Assembly: GCF_009914755.1 (NCBI RefSeq)
Contig: NC_060940.1
Direction: 5' to 3' (one strand)
DNA from: the human T2T-CHM13v2.0 reference genome, Homo sapiens
DNA: 64,000 nucleotides
The position numbers were made by a program, and so were the translations under genes. Each line of letters starts with the position of its first letter. Positions within the stretch are counted from its first letter, which is position 1. Positions 1 through 14,129 of this stretch are shown here, piece after piece. The notes beneath the pieces were generated by a model. The model was not told where the DNA came from and searched no databases. It worked only from the letters and a program-made list of their open reading frames with translations.

Positions 1-534
1 GCAAGGAAGGGCAGCCTTGTTGGGTTTCAGTGTGTATGACGGACACAGCTATAGCTCAAGGCCAGCTGCTCCAAGCGGTAAAGCTCTGTGCTTGAGGAGG
101 CTTTTGTCCTATCAGCTAGAGGGTGCCTCACTGAGGACTCAGTGAATGAGAAGAAGCAAGCTTGTTTGAGCTCAGAGACTCCCCTCAGACACAGTTTCAG
201 TCCATAATGGAGCAGTTCACAAAATCCCCCAGAATGTGGGGAAAGTCAAAAGAAAAATAAGACACAGTTCTGCTTCAAGGTCCAGGTAACACGCACACTC
301 CCTTCTCAGGCAAACAACAGGTTTGGCATGGAACCCCTCAGTGTGCACAGTACTGCCTAAACATACAACTCTTTGGACCAACTAGACACTTTATTTTCTC
401 ACTATTTAATCATGGCTGCCATATTTCAAAAATCCCAGTTTCCTATTGGCTAAATGCAATTTGGGTTTTTCCAGCAGACCTTCACTTGAGATTCTAAGTG
501 ATGTATATTCATTAGAATAGCTGCTTATTGACTG

Positions 535-612
535 TGAATCCTCAGTTTCTTCATGTATAAGACAAAATAATACCACCTACCTCAAGGGCAGTTGTGAATA
601 TTTAGGGGTATG
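535..612 (+). mobile_element. MIR SINE core fragment
   Basis: cctcagtttcttcat...ataataccacctacctcaagggcagttgtgaat resembles the MIR core. Confidence 0.7.
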
Positions 613-634
613 ATGACTATAACAGTAATAATTA

Positions 635-810
635 ACAATAGTAGTAGCATGTGCTGAATGCTTCTTAGGTCCACGAATCATGCTAACCATTAGCTTATTC
701 AATTTTTCCAATACAGTGTGAGAGAGGTATTATTATCTTTATTTTACAGAGGAAAAGTGAAAACTCAGAAGGATTAAGTAATTTTCCCACAGCTACCTGC
801 CTGGTTAGAC
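635..810 (-). mobile_element. MIR SINE
   Basis: tattatctttattttacagaggaaaagtgaaaactcagaaggattaagtaattttccca = antisense MIR core. Confidence 0.75.
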
Positions 811-2629
811 TATATCTTGTCTTTGCATTAACTGCTATGATATATTCTTTCCATTATCATGGTTTGTGATGCATGGATCTTTAGTAGTGTGCCTGGAACT
901 GAATAAATACTCAATAAACCCTCTCTGACGATGATCAGTAGTACCACTGCTACAGAATTTGCTCTTCATGGCATTAGCTCTGTTATACAGATGGGAAGAC
1001 TGAGGCCATAGAGCTAGTATAATAAATGGCAGAACACATCAATTCCAGTCCAAAGCCACACACCCACCGGCCATTGACCCTACAGCTGTGGTATTACTCT
1101 GAATCTTTCATTGTCTGTGGGGTGACCTCTTTGGGGGCACATTGGAAGTTGTCTGCCAAATCTGGGATGGCCAGGGGTAGCCTTCAGACTGGCAATTATT
1201 TCAGTAGGAATGTGATAGGAAGTATCTGGGAATGAAGTCTCTCCCCTAAGACCTCCCATACCTGGGATTAGAGCTGCATCCTGGCAGTCCTTTGCCCTGA
1301 AGGGCAGGCTGGCAGGGCCACCTCTGCTCTGGCCTCCCTGAACAGAATGAAGGGCACATGTGCACGCTAACCTTTGCATTCATCAGCCAGCAGCTGCAGC
1401 TAGAGATCAATGATAAGTAGAAATTGTGTACGTTCAACAGCATGTGCCTGCTTTCCCTACAAATCATGTGACTTCCTATTAACAGTATCTCTCTTCTTAC
1501 CAAACCGATATTTCCTGTAAAGGGTTTAGACTAATTGTGGTTTTAACAAGGGTCACATTATGCATTTCTGTGAGAGTAAACAACCATAGGTCAGAGAGTC
1601 AGACGGTCAGTCTGGAAAACAGATCCATACTCTGAATCTTTAAGGCTGATACGAAGCCCAGATAAGTGTGTTTGTGATGTGGAAGTTACCCTGGGAAAAC
1701 AGAAGGAAGAAAAAACGAACTCTAGAGAGAAGCGACTGCTTGGCTAATGACGGTGCCTAAAAGAAAGAGCGCTGTGGTTCTCTTTGGTGTTTATTTGGGG
1801 AAAGCAACCTATGAAGATTAGAGCCCTAGATTCTGATAGATGATGCTCCCCCCATTCCTGGCCCTGGGAGAGTCGGGCAGGTTTTTAATGGCTGTCACTC
1901 TGTCTGGGGGCCCATGTTCCACTTTGGTAGCTACAGTGTGAATCACGTGGTTGCTAACGGCAGTCTTCTCTTGGAGAGATTCCTTCTCGGTTACACTATT
2001 TCTCAACAGCTTGGAAGCCTGCAATCATTTTGCTTTGACAAAGACGGAGGTTGCCTTGGAGAACACATTGGCCCTGATTGGCTTGTTACTCCACAGAGTG
2101 GATATGCTGTGATTGAACTCAGAGCTCTTGAACTCAACCTGCGCCTTGAAAAACAAAATGAAGACGAGAGAAAGGTTTGAACTTCCTCGCTTAACCCACA
2201 TCTGGCTCAACAGCCCCCTTTTCCTGTTAAGACGTCAAATGTGATATGACAGGGTACCATTTATCACTTAGACATCCTCCGCTGCTTCTCTTTCCTTTCC
2301 CCTGTCTCTTCCACTTACTTTAGGTCAAAGTGAGACATTTCTTACAGGGGAGCTTTCAACTTAGGTGACACTTTCCTGATTCTGAATCTTGTTCCAAAAT
2401 GCCACAAGCAAAGTCGCCAGCCTAGAATATCAACATGTCAGAGGGTTTTCATTTTTTTAGACACAACTCAATCATTTTTCTTCTAGCCGATCTAAGAATT
2501 TCACCTGGTAAATGAGTGTCTAATCCTACTGGGGAAATTCAAAACAACCACCATGCAAAACTAAAATTCTCTTTCTTCTCCTCCTTTGACCGATTTAATG
2601 GAGAATGCATATGCATAGGTTTTATATCA

Positions 2630-2810
2630 GATCTGTCCAACAGAACTTTCTGGAAGGATGGAAAAGTTTCCTATCTGGGCTGTCCAGTATGGTAACCACT
2701 GGACATATGTGGCTATTGAGCACTTGAAATGTGGCAACTGCAACTGAGGAACTAAATTGTAAACTGTGCTAATTTTAACTAATTTAAATTTGAGATTAAA
2801 TTTAGCCATA
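2630..2810 (+). mobile_element. MER3 (hAT-Charlie MITE)
   Basis: ctgtccaacagaactttctg...gtggctattgagcacttgaaatgtggc...aatttaaattt...tagcca matches MER3. Confidence 0.85.
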
Positions 2811-3216
2811 CCCTATACAAATAACGTACAGTAGAGAATGGCACACCTGATCAGACCCTGAACGCAGCTATTGACGAAAAAGTGGTAATATTGTTTTTTA
2901 AAATTGGAATTATCCATTCCATTGTTTTCTCCACCTCCAAACACTAGTAACATGTCTGTAAGCTGCATTTGACCTTCTGTTGATCAGAGCATCATATCTC
3001 AGAAAAAGCAGAGGTTGAAGAAAATAAAAATGTGCATTTATTCATAAAATGGTGCATTTATGTTGAGGTTTGGAGCAAGGCAGAGAGCAAGAAAAGAACT
3101 GCTCTAGTGCACGAATTAGGTGATGGGATGTAAGCAGGTGACAGAATGGGAACACTTTGCAAAGTAGTACTAATGGGATGAAATTTGGCCTTTCGAGCCC
3201 AGGTCTGTGCTCTAGC

Positions 3217-3330
3217 ATTCATTCATTCATTCATTCACTCATTCATCCATTCAATATTTACTAAGTCTTTACTGCATAGCATGTACACTATTTCAGTTGC
3301 TTCATCTATAAATAGGGGCAAAAGAATAGA
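3217..3330 (-). mobile_element. L2 3' end with (ATTC)n tail
   Basis: (attc)n followed by caatatttactaagtc, typical antisense L2 terminus. Confidence 0.65.
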
Positions 3331-3989
3331 TAATAACTCAGTATATCATTTGCATGGTATACTTGATAAAATGTAAACCACTGGAGAAATTTGAACCATT
3401 GGAGATATTGACATTTACTTCAGTCTTGAACCAGAAAGAAATGCTCAGACTGGAAGGGGTACTTAAACTCCAACTGAAACCCTGGACTGGGGTGGGGGCA
3501 GGGTGGGGATAAGAGATAAAGAAACAATCTAACCATTTTAGACGGTTGTTCAGATGGTTCAACTTCATGTATCCAGATAAATAGTATGCTGGCATCATGA
3601 AAAGATTCACAGGGGAAAACTCAAGAAATCAAGAAGGAAATAAAGGAAGAAAACCAGATTTTTAAATGTCTTGGTTTAAAAAAAAATGAAGGATGGGTTT
3701 CAGAATCTATATGATGGTAAACTTTATATTGGCACAATTTAAGAATGGATTCTCACCAAGTTGGTTTTGAAAAGGCAAAGTGGAAATCCATTATCTCAAG
3801 AAAATGCAAGGATGCAAGTACAAGTATGCTTTGATCTCAAGAAGCCATGTGACGCCAGGCCTCAATTATCAGCAGACTTGTAGCTACTTAACCTTATTCA
3901 AGGAGGTTTTGTGAATTATTTTTATTATTATTTTTATTTCAAGAGAAGTTGCTGTAGGTGTCACAGAACCCTGAGTTTACGCTGGTCCT

Positions 3990-4400
3990 CTTTGAAAGCA
4001 TCATTTTTTGATGCTCTCAAAAGACTTACAGATGGGCTCATTAAACCTGCAGTTGGTATGAGAAAAGTGAGAAGGCTATCAGAATTCAAAAAGAGCCTTA
4101 TAGTTTAAAAGGATGAACTAGTCATCAAGATGAAATCTGTTAGATACATTTGTCAAGTCCTGTTTTAGATTGCAAACTTTTCCCCCCAAAAGTACAAGAT
4201 ACAAAAAGTCCTGCCTGAAAAGCCACTTGTGAAAAAGTCCAAAGGGCGTGGGTTGGCCCAGAGCATAAGACAGCAACCAGGTGTGACGTTACCAAATCTT
4301 CAGCCAATTTAGGTTCAGATCAAGGCTGAGGGGGCTCCTCCTGAGTTGTACAATCGGGATGAGGGTGCCTAGAACAGGAAGGGAGTCAGGAAAGTATTCT
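3990..4400 (+). mobile_element. L3/CR1 LINE ORF2 fossil
   Basis: ctcattaaacctgcag...cagaattcaaaaagagc...caagatgaaat...aagtcctg...tgtgaaaaag...ggtgtgacgttaccaaa follows the CR1/L3 RT 3' region in order. Confidence 0.65.
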
Positions 4401-4401
4401 A

Positions 4402-4738
<337 letters not shown>

Positions 4739-4744
4739 GGGAGC

Positions 4745-5340
<596 letters not shown>

Positions 5341-5887
5341 ACCTGCCTAGGGAGATTGCTAGACATAGGTGGATTTTTTTCAATATCTTTATTCAAAATC
5401 ATTTATACTAATAAACATACTGAGATGAAATAATGATCAAGTCACCTGTTCATAAAAAGGATAATAAGATATTAATATACAGCCCAAATAAATTCAACTC
5501 CCTTTGAGGGAAATAGCTAACTTGCCAATATGTATGAATCAATTTAACTTATAAAGGCAACAGAGTTGCTCATTGGATTACACTGAGAATGGTGATTAAC
5601 AGACTGCCACTTCTAATATGAATTTTGTCTCTGCCCGAGTGAGGGTTTAAAATTCATTTCATTTTTTATGCATAAAATTATGCTTTTTTTTCATTTTAAA
5701 CTCTGCCTGTTCTCTATGTAAGAACAAAAATGAGGAAAGGGTTGAAAGCGAAATAAAAAAGTCGAAACCTTCCCTTTTAACGTACGCAAGCATGCGTCTA
5801 CTTATGGCTTTGAATAATAAGATTATACTTTACACGTTGTGTTCTTAATTTGGTTTTTAAAAGTTTGTTAATTAATAGCTGTTTCCT

Positions 5888-6210
5888 GGCTGGGTGTGGT
5901 AGCTCATGCCTATAATCCCAGCACTTTGGGAGGCTGCGGCAGGTGGATCACTTAAGGTCAGGAGTTCAAGATGAGCCTGGCCAACATGGCAAAACCCTGT
6001 CTCTACTAAAAATACAAAATTTAGCTGGGTGTGGTAGTACACGCCTGTAATCCCAGCTACTAGAGAGGCTGAGGCAGGAGAATTACTTGAACCTGTGTCC
6101 AGAGGTTGGAGGTTGCAGTGAGCCAAGATAGTGCCACTGCACTCCCACCTGGGCTAAAGAGAGACTCTGTAACGAAAAACAAACAAAAAAACAAAATAAA
6201 ACAAAAAAAA
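5888..6210 (+). mobile_element. AluSx/Sz
   Basis: Full dimer; 13-bp TSD atagctgtttcct at 5875-5887 and 6215-6227. Confidence 0.95.
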
Positions 6211-6227
6211 CTTCATAGCTGTTTCCT

Positions 6228-7100
6228 GATCACCTACTAGGCACCTGGCACTTTCTTAGGCTCTGAGGGTTGGAAACCATGAGCCTGTCCTCAGAGCTTA
6301 GAGCTTAAGGGAGGAAGAAAGAAAATAATCAAGTAGATAAATAGGTGTATAATCAGCAGTCCCCAACCTTTTTGGCACCAGGGACTGGTTTCATGGAAGA
6401 CAATTTTTCCATGGGTTGTTGAGGGCATAGTTTTGGGATGATTCACGTGCATTACATTTATTGTGCACTTTATTTCTATTATTATTATACTGGAATATAT
6501 AATAAAACAATTATACAACTCACCATAATGTAGACTCAGTGGGAGCCTTGAGCTTGTCTTCCTGCAATTAGTGGGTTCCATCTGGGGGTGATGGGAGACA
6601 GTGACAGATCATCAGGCATTAGATTCTCATAAGGAACATGTAACCCAGATCCCTCAGATGTGCAGTTCGCAATAGGGTTCATGCTCCTTTGAGAATCTAA
6701 TGCTGTGGCTGATCTGACAGGAGACGGAGCTCAGGAGGTCACGTGAGTGATGGGGAGTGGCTGTAAACACAGATGAAGCTCTGCTCACCCACGCACAGCT
6801 CACCTCCTGCTGTGCGGCCTGGCTCGTAACAGGCCATTAACCATACCAGCCCATGGCCCGGTGGATGGGGACTCCTGTATATAACTATATACACATATAT
6901 CATTTATAATATCTAAGGTATGTTATCGCAGATTGTAAAGCATGATGATGTAAAGGAGTAGGGATAGGAAACAAAATGGTGAGCAGCACAGACTCAGTGA
7001 TGGGGTCGTGGAAGTCTCTGAGAAGGTGCTAGATGGTGAGATCCAATGGACAAGCCACAAGCCATCCTTAGAGCCAAAAGAAGACAGGGTTCCAGAGAGA
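6228..7100 (-). mobile_element. L2 3' region, split by MER1A
   Basis: cacctactaggcacctggcactttcttaggctctgag...cctgtcctcagagctta; L2-like sequence resumes after 6878. Confidence 0.55.
6354..6877. mobile_element. MER1A (hAT-Charlie), full length
   Basis: cagcagtccccaacctttttggcaccaggg ... ggggactcctg termini; internal inverted cattagattctca/tgagaatctaatg; degenerate 8-bp TSD tgtataat/tatataac. Confidence 0.93.
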
Positions 7101-9039
7101 TAATAATGTTATTATAAATAAGAGCCCAATTTGGTTGCTATTATAAACCTCACTGTATTGAAGAGGAAACTGAGGCAGTTCTTTGAAGTCTTACATTAAC
7201 TGCTGTAAAAGCTCATCTAGCTTTAGAGTTGGTTATACGTTCAGCCATTGAGCTGCTTAACAATTTAACTATACCCCAAGGCTTCCAATATAGATTTTCC
7301 CAGAATAACTGTCTACTCAAAAAAGTCACACCATCATACCTGTTGTTTTTGGTTTTGTTATTATTATTATCTTCTATTAAAGTAAGCAAATTCTCTGCTA
7401 AACCTTTCAGAAGCCAGCAGCAGCACACAGCAATAGCAGAACGCTCTCTCTTTTCTATGCCTTACTGAACAGTGGTGCCCTCCATGAAGGGGGCCTGGGT
7501 GCTGCTAAGCATTTGCATTTGGTTGTTTATCCCATCTCTGCTCTTTTAACCTTCTCCATAAGCATGTCTAAGGGATTAAAAAGTCATTCTAATGCACAAA
7601 GGGCCTAGGGAGACTGTGTTTTTGATATCTATTTATATCCTTACTAGCTAGATGGAAATCCATCCTCAGGATCCCAACATCCACTACTAAAGGAGAAAAA
7701 CAAAAACCACCAGGTCAATGCATGAGTCCCAGTGGGAAGTTATTAGTGTCATCTTGGTATTACTCTAAGTCTGGTTCATCCTTCTACATGAATAGTCAAT
7801 GCTTGTTGGGTAAGGCAATGGCGACCAGTGCACTCCACTCTGAGGCTGTGAGTGTGTATATGCACAATCTTTATTACAAGGATGTAATAATGGGTACTTA
7901 TTGATGAACTGTACCTGCCTAGACCTCGGAGGAGGGCAGCATGTTCAAACAGTATAAAGGGAACAAACTATAGTTCTAATGTTTATATTGAGAATATCTG
8001 AGATTCATTTCCAATAAGTGCTACTTACAAGTAACTCTAGCAACCTAAATAACACCATATATTTAAAATAAAATTAAATGATTAGAAAAGACTAACTTCA
8101 TCACGTGAGGATTCCAATCAACAAATTAAGCTAATTTCTTATTAATTAAACTCATTGAGGGCAGAAGTTTTATTCAATGAGTCCCCAACATAGTTAACTG
8201 AGTTCATAGTAGGTTGTGAATAAATAATAAATCAGAATAAGTTCCTTGTGAATGGGCAAAAACACAGTGAGTTTGTACCTGTGGTGAGATTCCTGTCTCA
8301 AAACTTCCACTGAGTTTTCTTTAGAGTTTATTTTGGACTCAGGGCTAGTTCACAGCGTCCACTCTCCTGGTTTCACTTACTTCTCCTTTCTCAAAGCTTA
8401 AGTGGTATGCAAGATGTATGAAGAATTAAAATAAATAAATGCACAGTTATGTTTATTTATAATGCCTTAAAACTTGGCTACATCCATTTGTCTGGGTTAT
8501 GTGTGCCGATGTGGCCCGCGGATAAGTTCATATTTCTGGGCTGTTAAGATTTCTACAATATAGTAAAACTAAATCATATACATGTTTACAAAGCCAAATG
8601 TCTGCTCTTAGATGGATTTCGTACCACAGAACATTGTCTTCAAGTGGAGGATTCTTAGAGCAAATGTCCCTGCCACTATATATAGTCCATAGCATACTTT
8701 TCTTCAATATGCGGAGGTCATTCTTTGCTATTTTCTTTCTCTTTTTTCTTGGCTATGTATTAACTGTGTTAAAAACAAACAACTATGGGCCATGTGCTTA
8801 TCAAAAGCAGTGCTCTCTCTCTATCTATAAGCCTTTGTTTGCTTTTCCTTATCTCTTCCCAAGAAACAATAGCCAATAAAATGGCCTAAAAATATGTCAT
8901 TTCAAAAATGACTGACATTTGCTGATCTCTACAGGACACAAAAATATACAGGAAAATTTAGACTATCTCCAAGAAAAAGGATGGAGGAATACATTGTGTG
9001 CATTAGCACCATTGCATTAGCCTTTTTTATATATGTTCT

Positions 9040-9165
9040 CCTGTCCATTTCACGGGTGGGAAAACTGAGGCCCAGAGAAGTGAAGTGACTTGCTCAACAG
9101 TACCCAACTAAGTAATCCTAAAGCCAGAACTCAGCTAGCTTGACTTGCAGTTTATGCCTTTTCCA
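9040..9165 (-). mobile_element. MIR
   Basis: ccatttcacgggtgggaaaactgaggcccagagaagtgaagtgacttgctcaa. Confidence 0.8.
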
Positions 9166-9490
9166 AGGGCCGTGATTGAGACTGGTTTTATTACCTAGTC
9201 TTACTACTGTCCTATAAGGAGGCCCTTATGATGTGTTTCCAGGGCACGAAATATGAAACTATTTCAGAAACAATAATTCACTGCAAAAAATTGATCCCAT
9301 CGGAGACAGCAGCATTTGTCTGGTTGTAGGGGGCTGGACAGCGGGTGGCAAACATTTGAACAGACTCAGTCAACCTCTTGCCAAACTTTTATTTTCAAAG
9401 CAGCCAATGGTCAGACCCCACTCAACTCCTTCCCCACCACTGTGGGGATGGGAAAGTCTTGGAGTCTCTCCCACTGGCTGAAGATCGCTC

Positions 9491-9800
9491 TTTATTTATT
9501 TATTTATTAATTATTTATGAGACAGAGTCTCACTCTGTTGCCCAGGCTGGAGTGCAGTGGCACAGTCTTGGTTCACTACAACCTCTGCCTCCTGGGTTCA
9601 AGTGATTCTGCCTCAGCCTCCCAAGTAGCTGGGATTACAGGCACCTGCCACCACACCAGCAATGTTTTGTATTTTTAGTAGAGACAGGGTTTCACCATGT
9701 TTGTTCACCAGGCTGGTCTTGAACTCCTGACCTCAAGTGATCCACCTGCCTCCGCCTCCCAAAGTTTTGGGATTACAGGCCTGAGCCACCGCGTCCGGCT
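9491..9800 (-). mobile_element. AluSx/Sz
   Basis: Antisense dimer with (ttta)n tail. Confidence 0.95.
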
Positions 9801-9933
9801 AAAGACTGCTCTTCTTTTAGGTTTGTTTCTGTCTTGGTTAAATAAATAAAACATTTTTCTTTTTTAAGTTTGGGAAAACAGGATGGCCCTTCCCATACTT
9901 GTCTGTCATGTTTGCCATCAAATCCTTAGATCA

Positions 9934-10257
<324 letters not shown>

Positions 10258-11340
10258 TCCTTAGATTTTTCTCATCTTTTTCCAGAAAAATCTTCACATG
10301 GCATGTGTGAGCATCTGTGTGTGTGTGTGCCTGAACATGTGCATTGGTGATGGCATGTGCAAGTGTATTCCCAAGTCTGGGGGTAACATCGTGGGAGCTG
10401 AAGCACTCGAATGGACTGGGCGAATCTGAACGACTCTCCTTGAAAGCCGGGTTTATTTTGGCAATATTGCTTCTCTCTCCAGTTACCCCAACCTCCCGTA
10501 TTACTGTCTGTGGATTATTATTATTATTATTTTTTTCACCGACAGAGATGCTTAGGCATGGGCTGCAGGAGATAAGTGATATGGTCAAATCACTCCTGCC
10601 AAAGCTTGAAATTCCTGACCACTTTAATAGCTCTGGCTGACCTCTAAATGAAATGCCACCTTTGGTTATTAACATGTCTCTCTCTACTTTTATGATTTTT
10701 CGGAACATAATTTGTCACAGTTTTTATCTGCACAGAGCAAGCTTTAAGCTTTTAAAAATGTGAGTTATCTTTTTACAACTGCTAACAATTACACATCAAG
10801 GAACAGACTGCTCTGAAAACCAATTATGAAAAACCCGGCTTGGAGGTGCATTCAGCCCCAGAGTGTGCATTTACCACTCTGGATTAGAGATTTCTGAATT
10901 CTTGCCATGGAGCTGCCAGGGCACAGGAACTGGGAACCAGAAACTAAACTTAGAAACGACTTGTGAGATCTGAGAGATAAGATATGGGTAGAGAAATTAA
11001 TTGTCCTTGTTCTGTATGATAATCTGATAACCGGGCCACAGTGCTTGGTCCAGGTTGGAGCATGCCGCCGTGGGGTCTTTTCTGCTAGGAAAGGGTTTGC
11101 TCACACCTGGGCGTTGGACCATGCTGTTTTTCAAAGGCCATCTGCTTTCCCTGAGATGCTTATCAAAGGATTTCTGGGCTACTGTCTCTCAGCCCTCAAG
11201 TGCTAGATTTATTTCGGGACAGAAGTGCATTGTCTCGATGATGGCTCTGGCTTCCGTCACACTGCCAGGGTCCACTGCTGCCTCTCCACCACTTGCTGTT
11301 ATCTGTGGGCTAACGAGGTGGAAGCACCTTGTTCCATCAT

Positions 11341-11555
11341 CATAGCACATTGCTCAGAACCCAGCCTCTGGAGTCAGAAAACTCAGGTTCAAATCCTAGC
11401 CCTGAAACCCAGTGCTCTAAGACCTTGGGCAAATTGTTCAACCTCTGCACCCTGGTTCCCTCATCTATACAATGGGAATAATAATGACATGCTTCTCAAG
11501 AATGCTTGCAGCATTAAGAAGCTATGGAGATTATTTAGAAAATGTTCACTTAGTT
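11341..11555 (+). mobile_element. MIR
   Basis: ctctggagtcagaaaactcaggttcaaatcc...gaccttgggcaaattgttcaacctct...tcatctatacaatgggaataata. Confidence 0.85.
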
Positions 11556-12067
11556 TAATATTTTATTATACTAGATTTTTGGGGGGCTTTTCTCTCTAGC
11601 TATTTGCAAAGAGCCGAGTTATGAGGCCCAAGCAGAGCCACAGATAGGAGGGAAGCAATTGACTCCACGAGAAGTGCCTGCTTGCCATTTCTATTAAGGT
11701 AAAGGTTTTATTTCATGGCAGTTAAGATTATAATAAAGAGTTGGCAGGAAATGGTGTAAAAATGAGGGGCAGACTTCTCAAATAGGAGGTTGGAAGAAAC
11801 ATCTGTGGTTAGACCACGAAGAGAAGTAGAGCAAGGAGTGAAATGGGGGCACCCTGGATATGAGTTCAGGTCCCCCCGGGGTCGGCTTCCCACGCTGAAA
11901 CGTAGGTGGGCATCCGCCTCCAGGAGGGGCTTGATAAAGGGTGAGAGGAAGAATGAAATGGAAATGCGGCTGCGTCAGGCTTTCTGTCCTAATTGCCAAA
12001 GCGCATCATCTGCTACCGGAGAGGCCCAGGGCAAAGCAAATGTGTCCCCCTTTCCCAGTAATGAGGC

Positions 12068-12790
12068 ATGGGAGAAAGTGGGGGAAAGAGAGAGAAGAAG
12101 GAGGAGGAGAAGGAGGAGGAGGAGGAGGAGGAGGAGCAGGAGGAGGAGAAGGAGGAGGAGGAGAAGAAGGAGGGGGAAGAGGAGAAGGAGGAGGACAAAA
12201 GGGAGAGTAGAGAAGGGAGAGGCGAGAGAGAAGGAGGGAGAGACAGAGTAAGGAAAGAGAGAGAGGGAAGAATGAGGAGAAGGAGGACAGAGAAGAGAGG
12301 AGAAGACAGAGGAGATGCAGAGAAAGAAAAGAGAAAGAAGGAAAGAGAGAGGAAAGAGAAGAAGAGAGGGAACTGGGGAGGGGGAGAGAGAGTGAAGGAA
12401 GGAGAGAGGGAAGAAGGAAGAGAAGAAGGAGAGACAAGAAGAGAGAGGAGAAAGAAAAAGAGAAAGAAGGAGGGGGAGAGGAGAAAGAGAGAAAAGAGTA
12501 GAAGGAGGAGGAGAGAAGGAAGTGGGGAGAGAGAGAGTGAAGGAAGGAGAGAGAGGGAGGAGGAGGGGAGAGGAGAGAGAAGGAAGGAGGGAGGAAGGGA
12601 GAGACAGGGAGAAGGAAAGGAAAGGGAAGGAGGAGAAACAGGAAAAGAGAAGAAAAAGGAGAGGAGAAAGGGAAGAGAGAGGAGGAGGAGAAGGGAAGGG
12701 AGTGATGAGAGAAGGAGGGATGGAGAGATAGGAGGAGAGAGAGAGAGAGAGAGAGAAACAAAGCCAGTAAACAAGAGAGGAGATGAACAC
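12068..12790 (+). repeat. ~720-bp GA-rich polypurine low-complexity tract including (GGA)n
   Basis: Almost exclusively A/G on the + strand; (GGA)8 at 12112-12135; (GA)n near 12734-12755. Confidence 0.98.
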
Positions 12791-14129
12791 GGGTGGAACC
12801 AGCTGTAATAGGCCACGGCTTTCCTATATTACCTTATTTGAGCCATTAGCCAAAACAATGCCTAGGATGTTTACTGATGAGGTTTTACAAATGAACGAGG
12901 ATTCAGATTTGTTAGGAAGAGGGTGAGACTTAGAGCACATGTGAAACTCAGCCCACACCGCCATGCTGAGTAGGTAGCCCAGTAGGACCAAACCCAAGTC
13001 CATCTCGCTATCCCCACAGCTTCCCTACCTTTGGCATGTGAGAACCCTAAGTTGCTTAAACACCTCTCAGGTGCCAAACTCAAGAGATGCCTGTGGGAAT
13101 CCACTGCTGTACGGCCTAAGTTTGGGGGTTTCTCTGCTTCCCCCTACAGCTGAGCAAATGGAGACACCCCAGTAATGGTGGACTCATTCCATTCCAGGCC
13201 TTGGCAGCTCCTGCCGCCCTCTCTTAAAAGAACAATTAAAAGACTCTCTTCCAGGAAGTTTTTTTTCTCCTTTCCAGGACCACTGTCTGGGCCCCAGGGG
13301 TAAAACATTCCCTTTGCTCCCGTCTCCCTGGCAGGAAATCTATGCAGAGAGGATGTTGATTATACTCTTCAGCACTTATTTCCTTTACATTATTTTGATT
13401 CCGTTATTTCTCATTATACTCCCAATATGTTTTGGCAGCCTGAGTTTGCAGATGGGAACAAACAAAGGCTTCCACAATTCCTGGGCTGTACCTACAGACT
13501 GGATTCCAAAGGGATTTCTTTGGGGGTTGGCTATTCCCTTGCAGGGTGGGTCCAGTGGCTGGTGCTAATTTCCATGGTTGGCGAATAGCCAGGGCTGGCC
13601 AGCATTCCTGAGTGACAGGATTCCTAGGCAAAGTTTGCAGAGGTTGGGCTATCCAGCGCTCTCTGCCTCATTTGATTGAATTAGGACCTTCTTTCTGAGT
13701 CTCTCTTTAAAGAGGATAATGCAGAAGACCACGGAGCTTTGTCCTCTGTCCTTTCATTCCATGATACAACTTCTGCCTGATTAGACCTCAGTGCTGGGCC
13801 TCCTCACTCTTTTTTAGGGGAATTAACCAGCTCCAGCCCCTGGGTGCAGCAAGGTTCCTTCTCTCCATCCCAGGGATCTAGATCAAGGATTATTCCAGAA
13901 AGGTGGTCCATGCAGAGGCAACCTTGTGACCTGGGACATCGATGCTTGGCTAGCCAGCTCCTCTCTTTTCTGGGCCTCTGAACTTGGACATTAAAGGGCT
14001 GAGTCAGCAATTGGCAGGATCTAAAATCAAAAGAGGTGTTTACGGAGGAGCTGATGAATGCTGGGCCAAGTGAACCTCTGAGGATGCAAAAGCAAGAAGC
14101 AAACAGAAGAAGGTGGTTGATGATAATGA

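Noticed and set aside
12068-12790. CT-rich head of a gibbon LAVA or SVA element (on -)
   Set aside because: No adjacent Alu-like domain, GC-rich VNTR, SINE-R or poly(A)/TSD
11790-12816. Long ORFs (up to 271 aa) rich in E/R/G/K or S/L/P/F
   Set aside because: Open in nearly all frames only because the GA/CT tract lacks stop codons; low complexity and no gene structure
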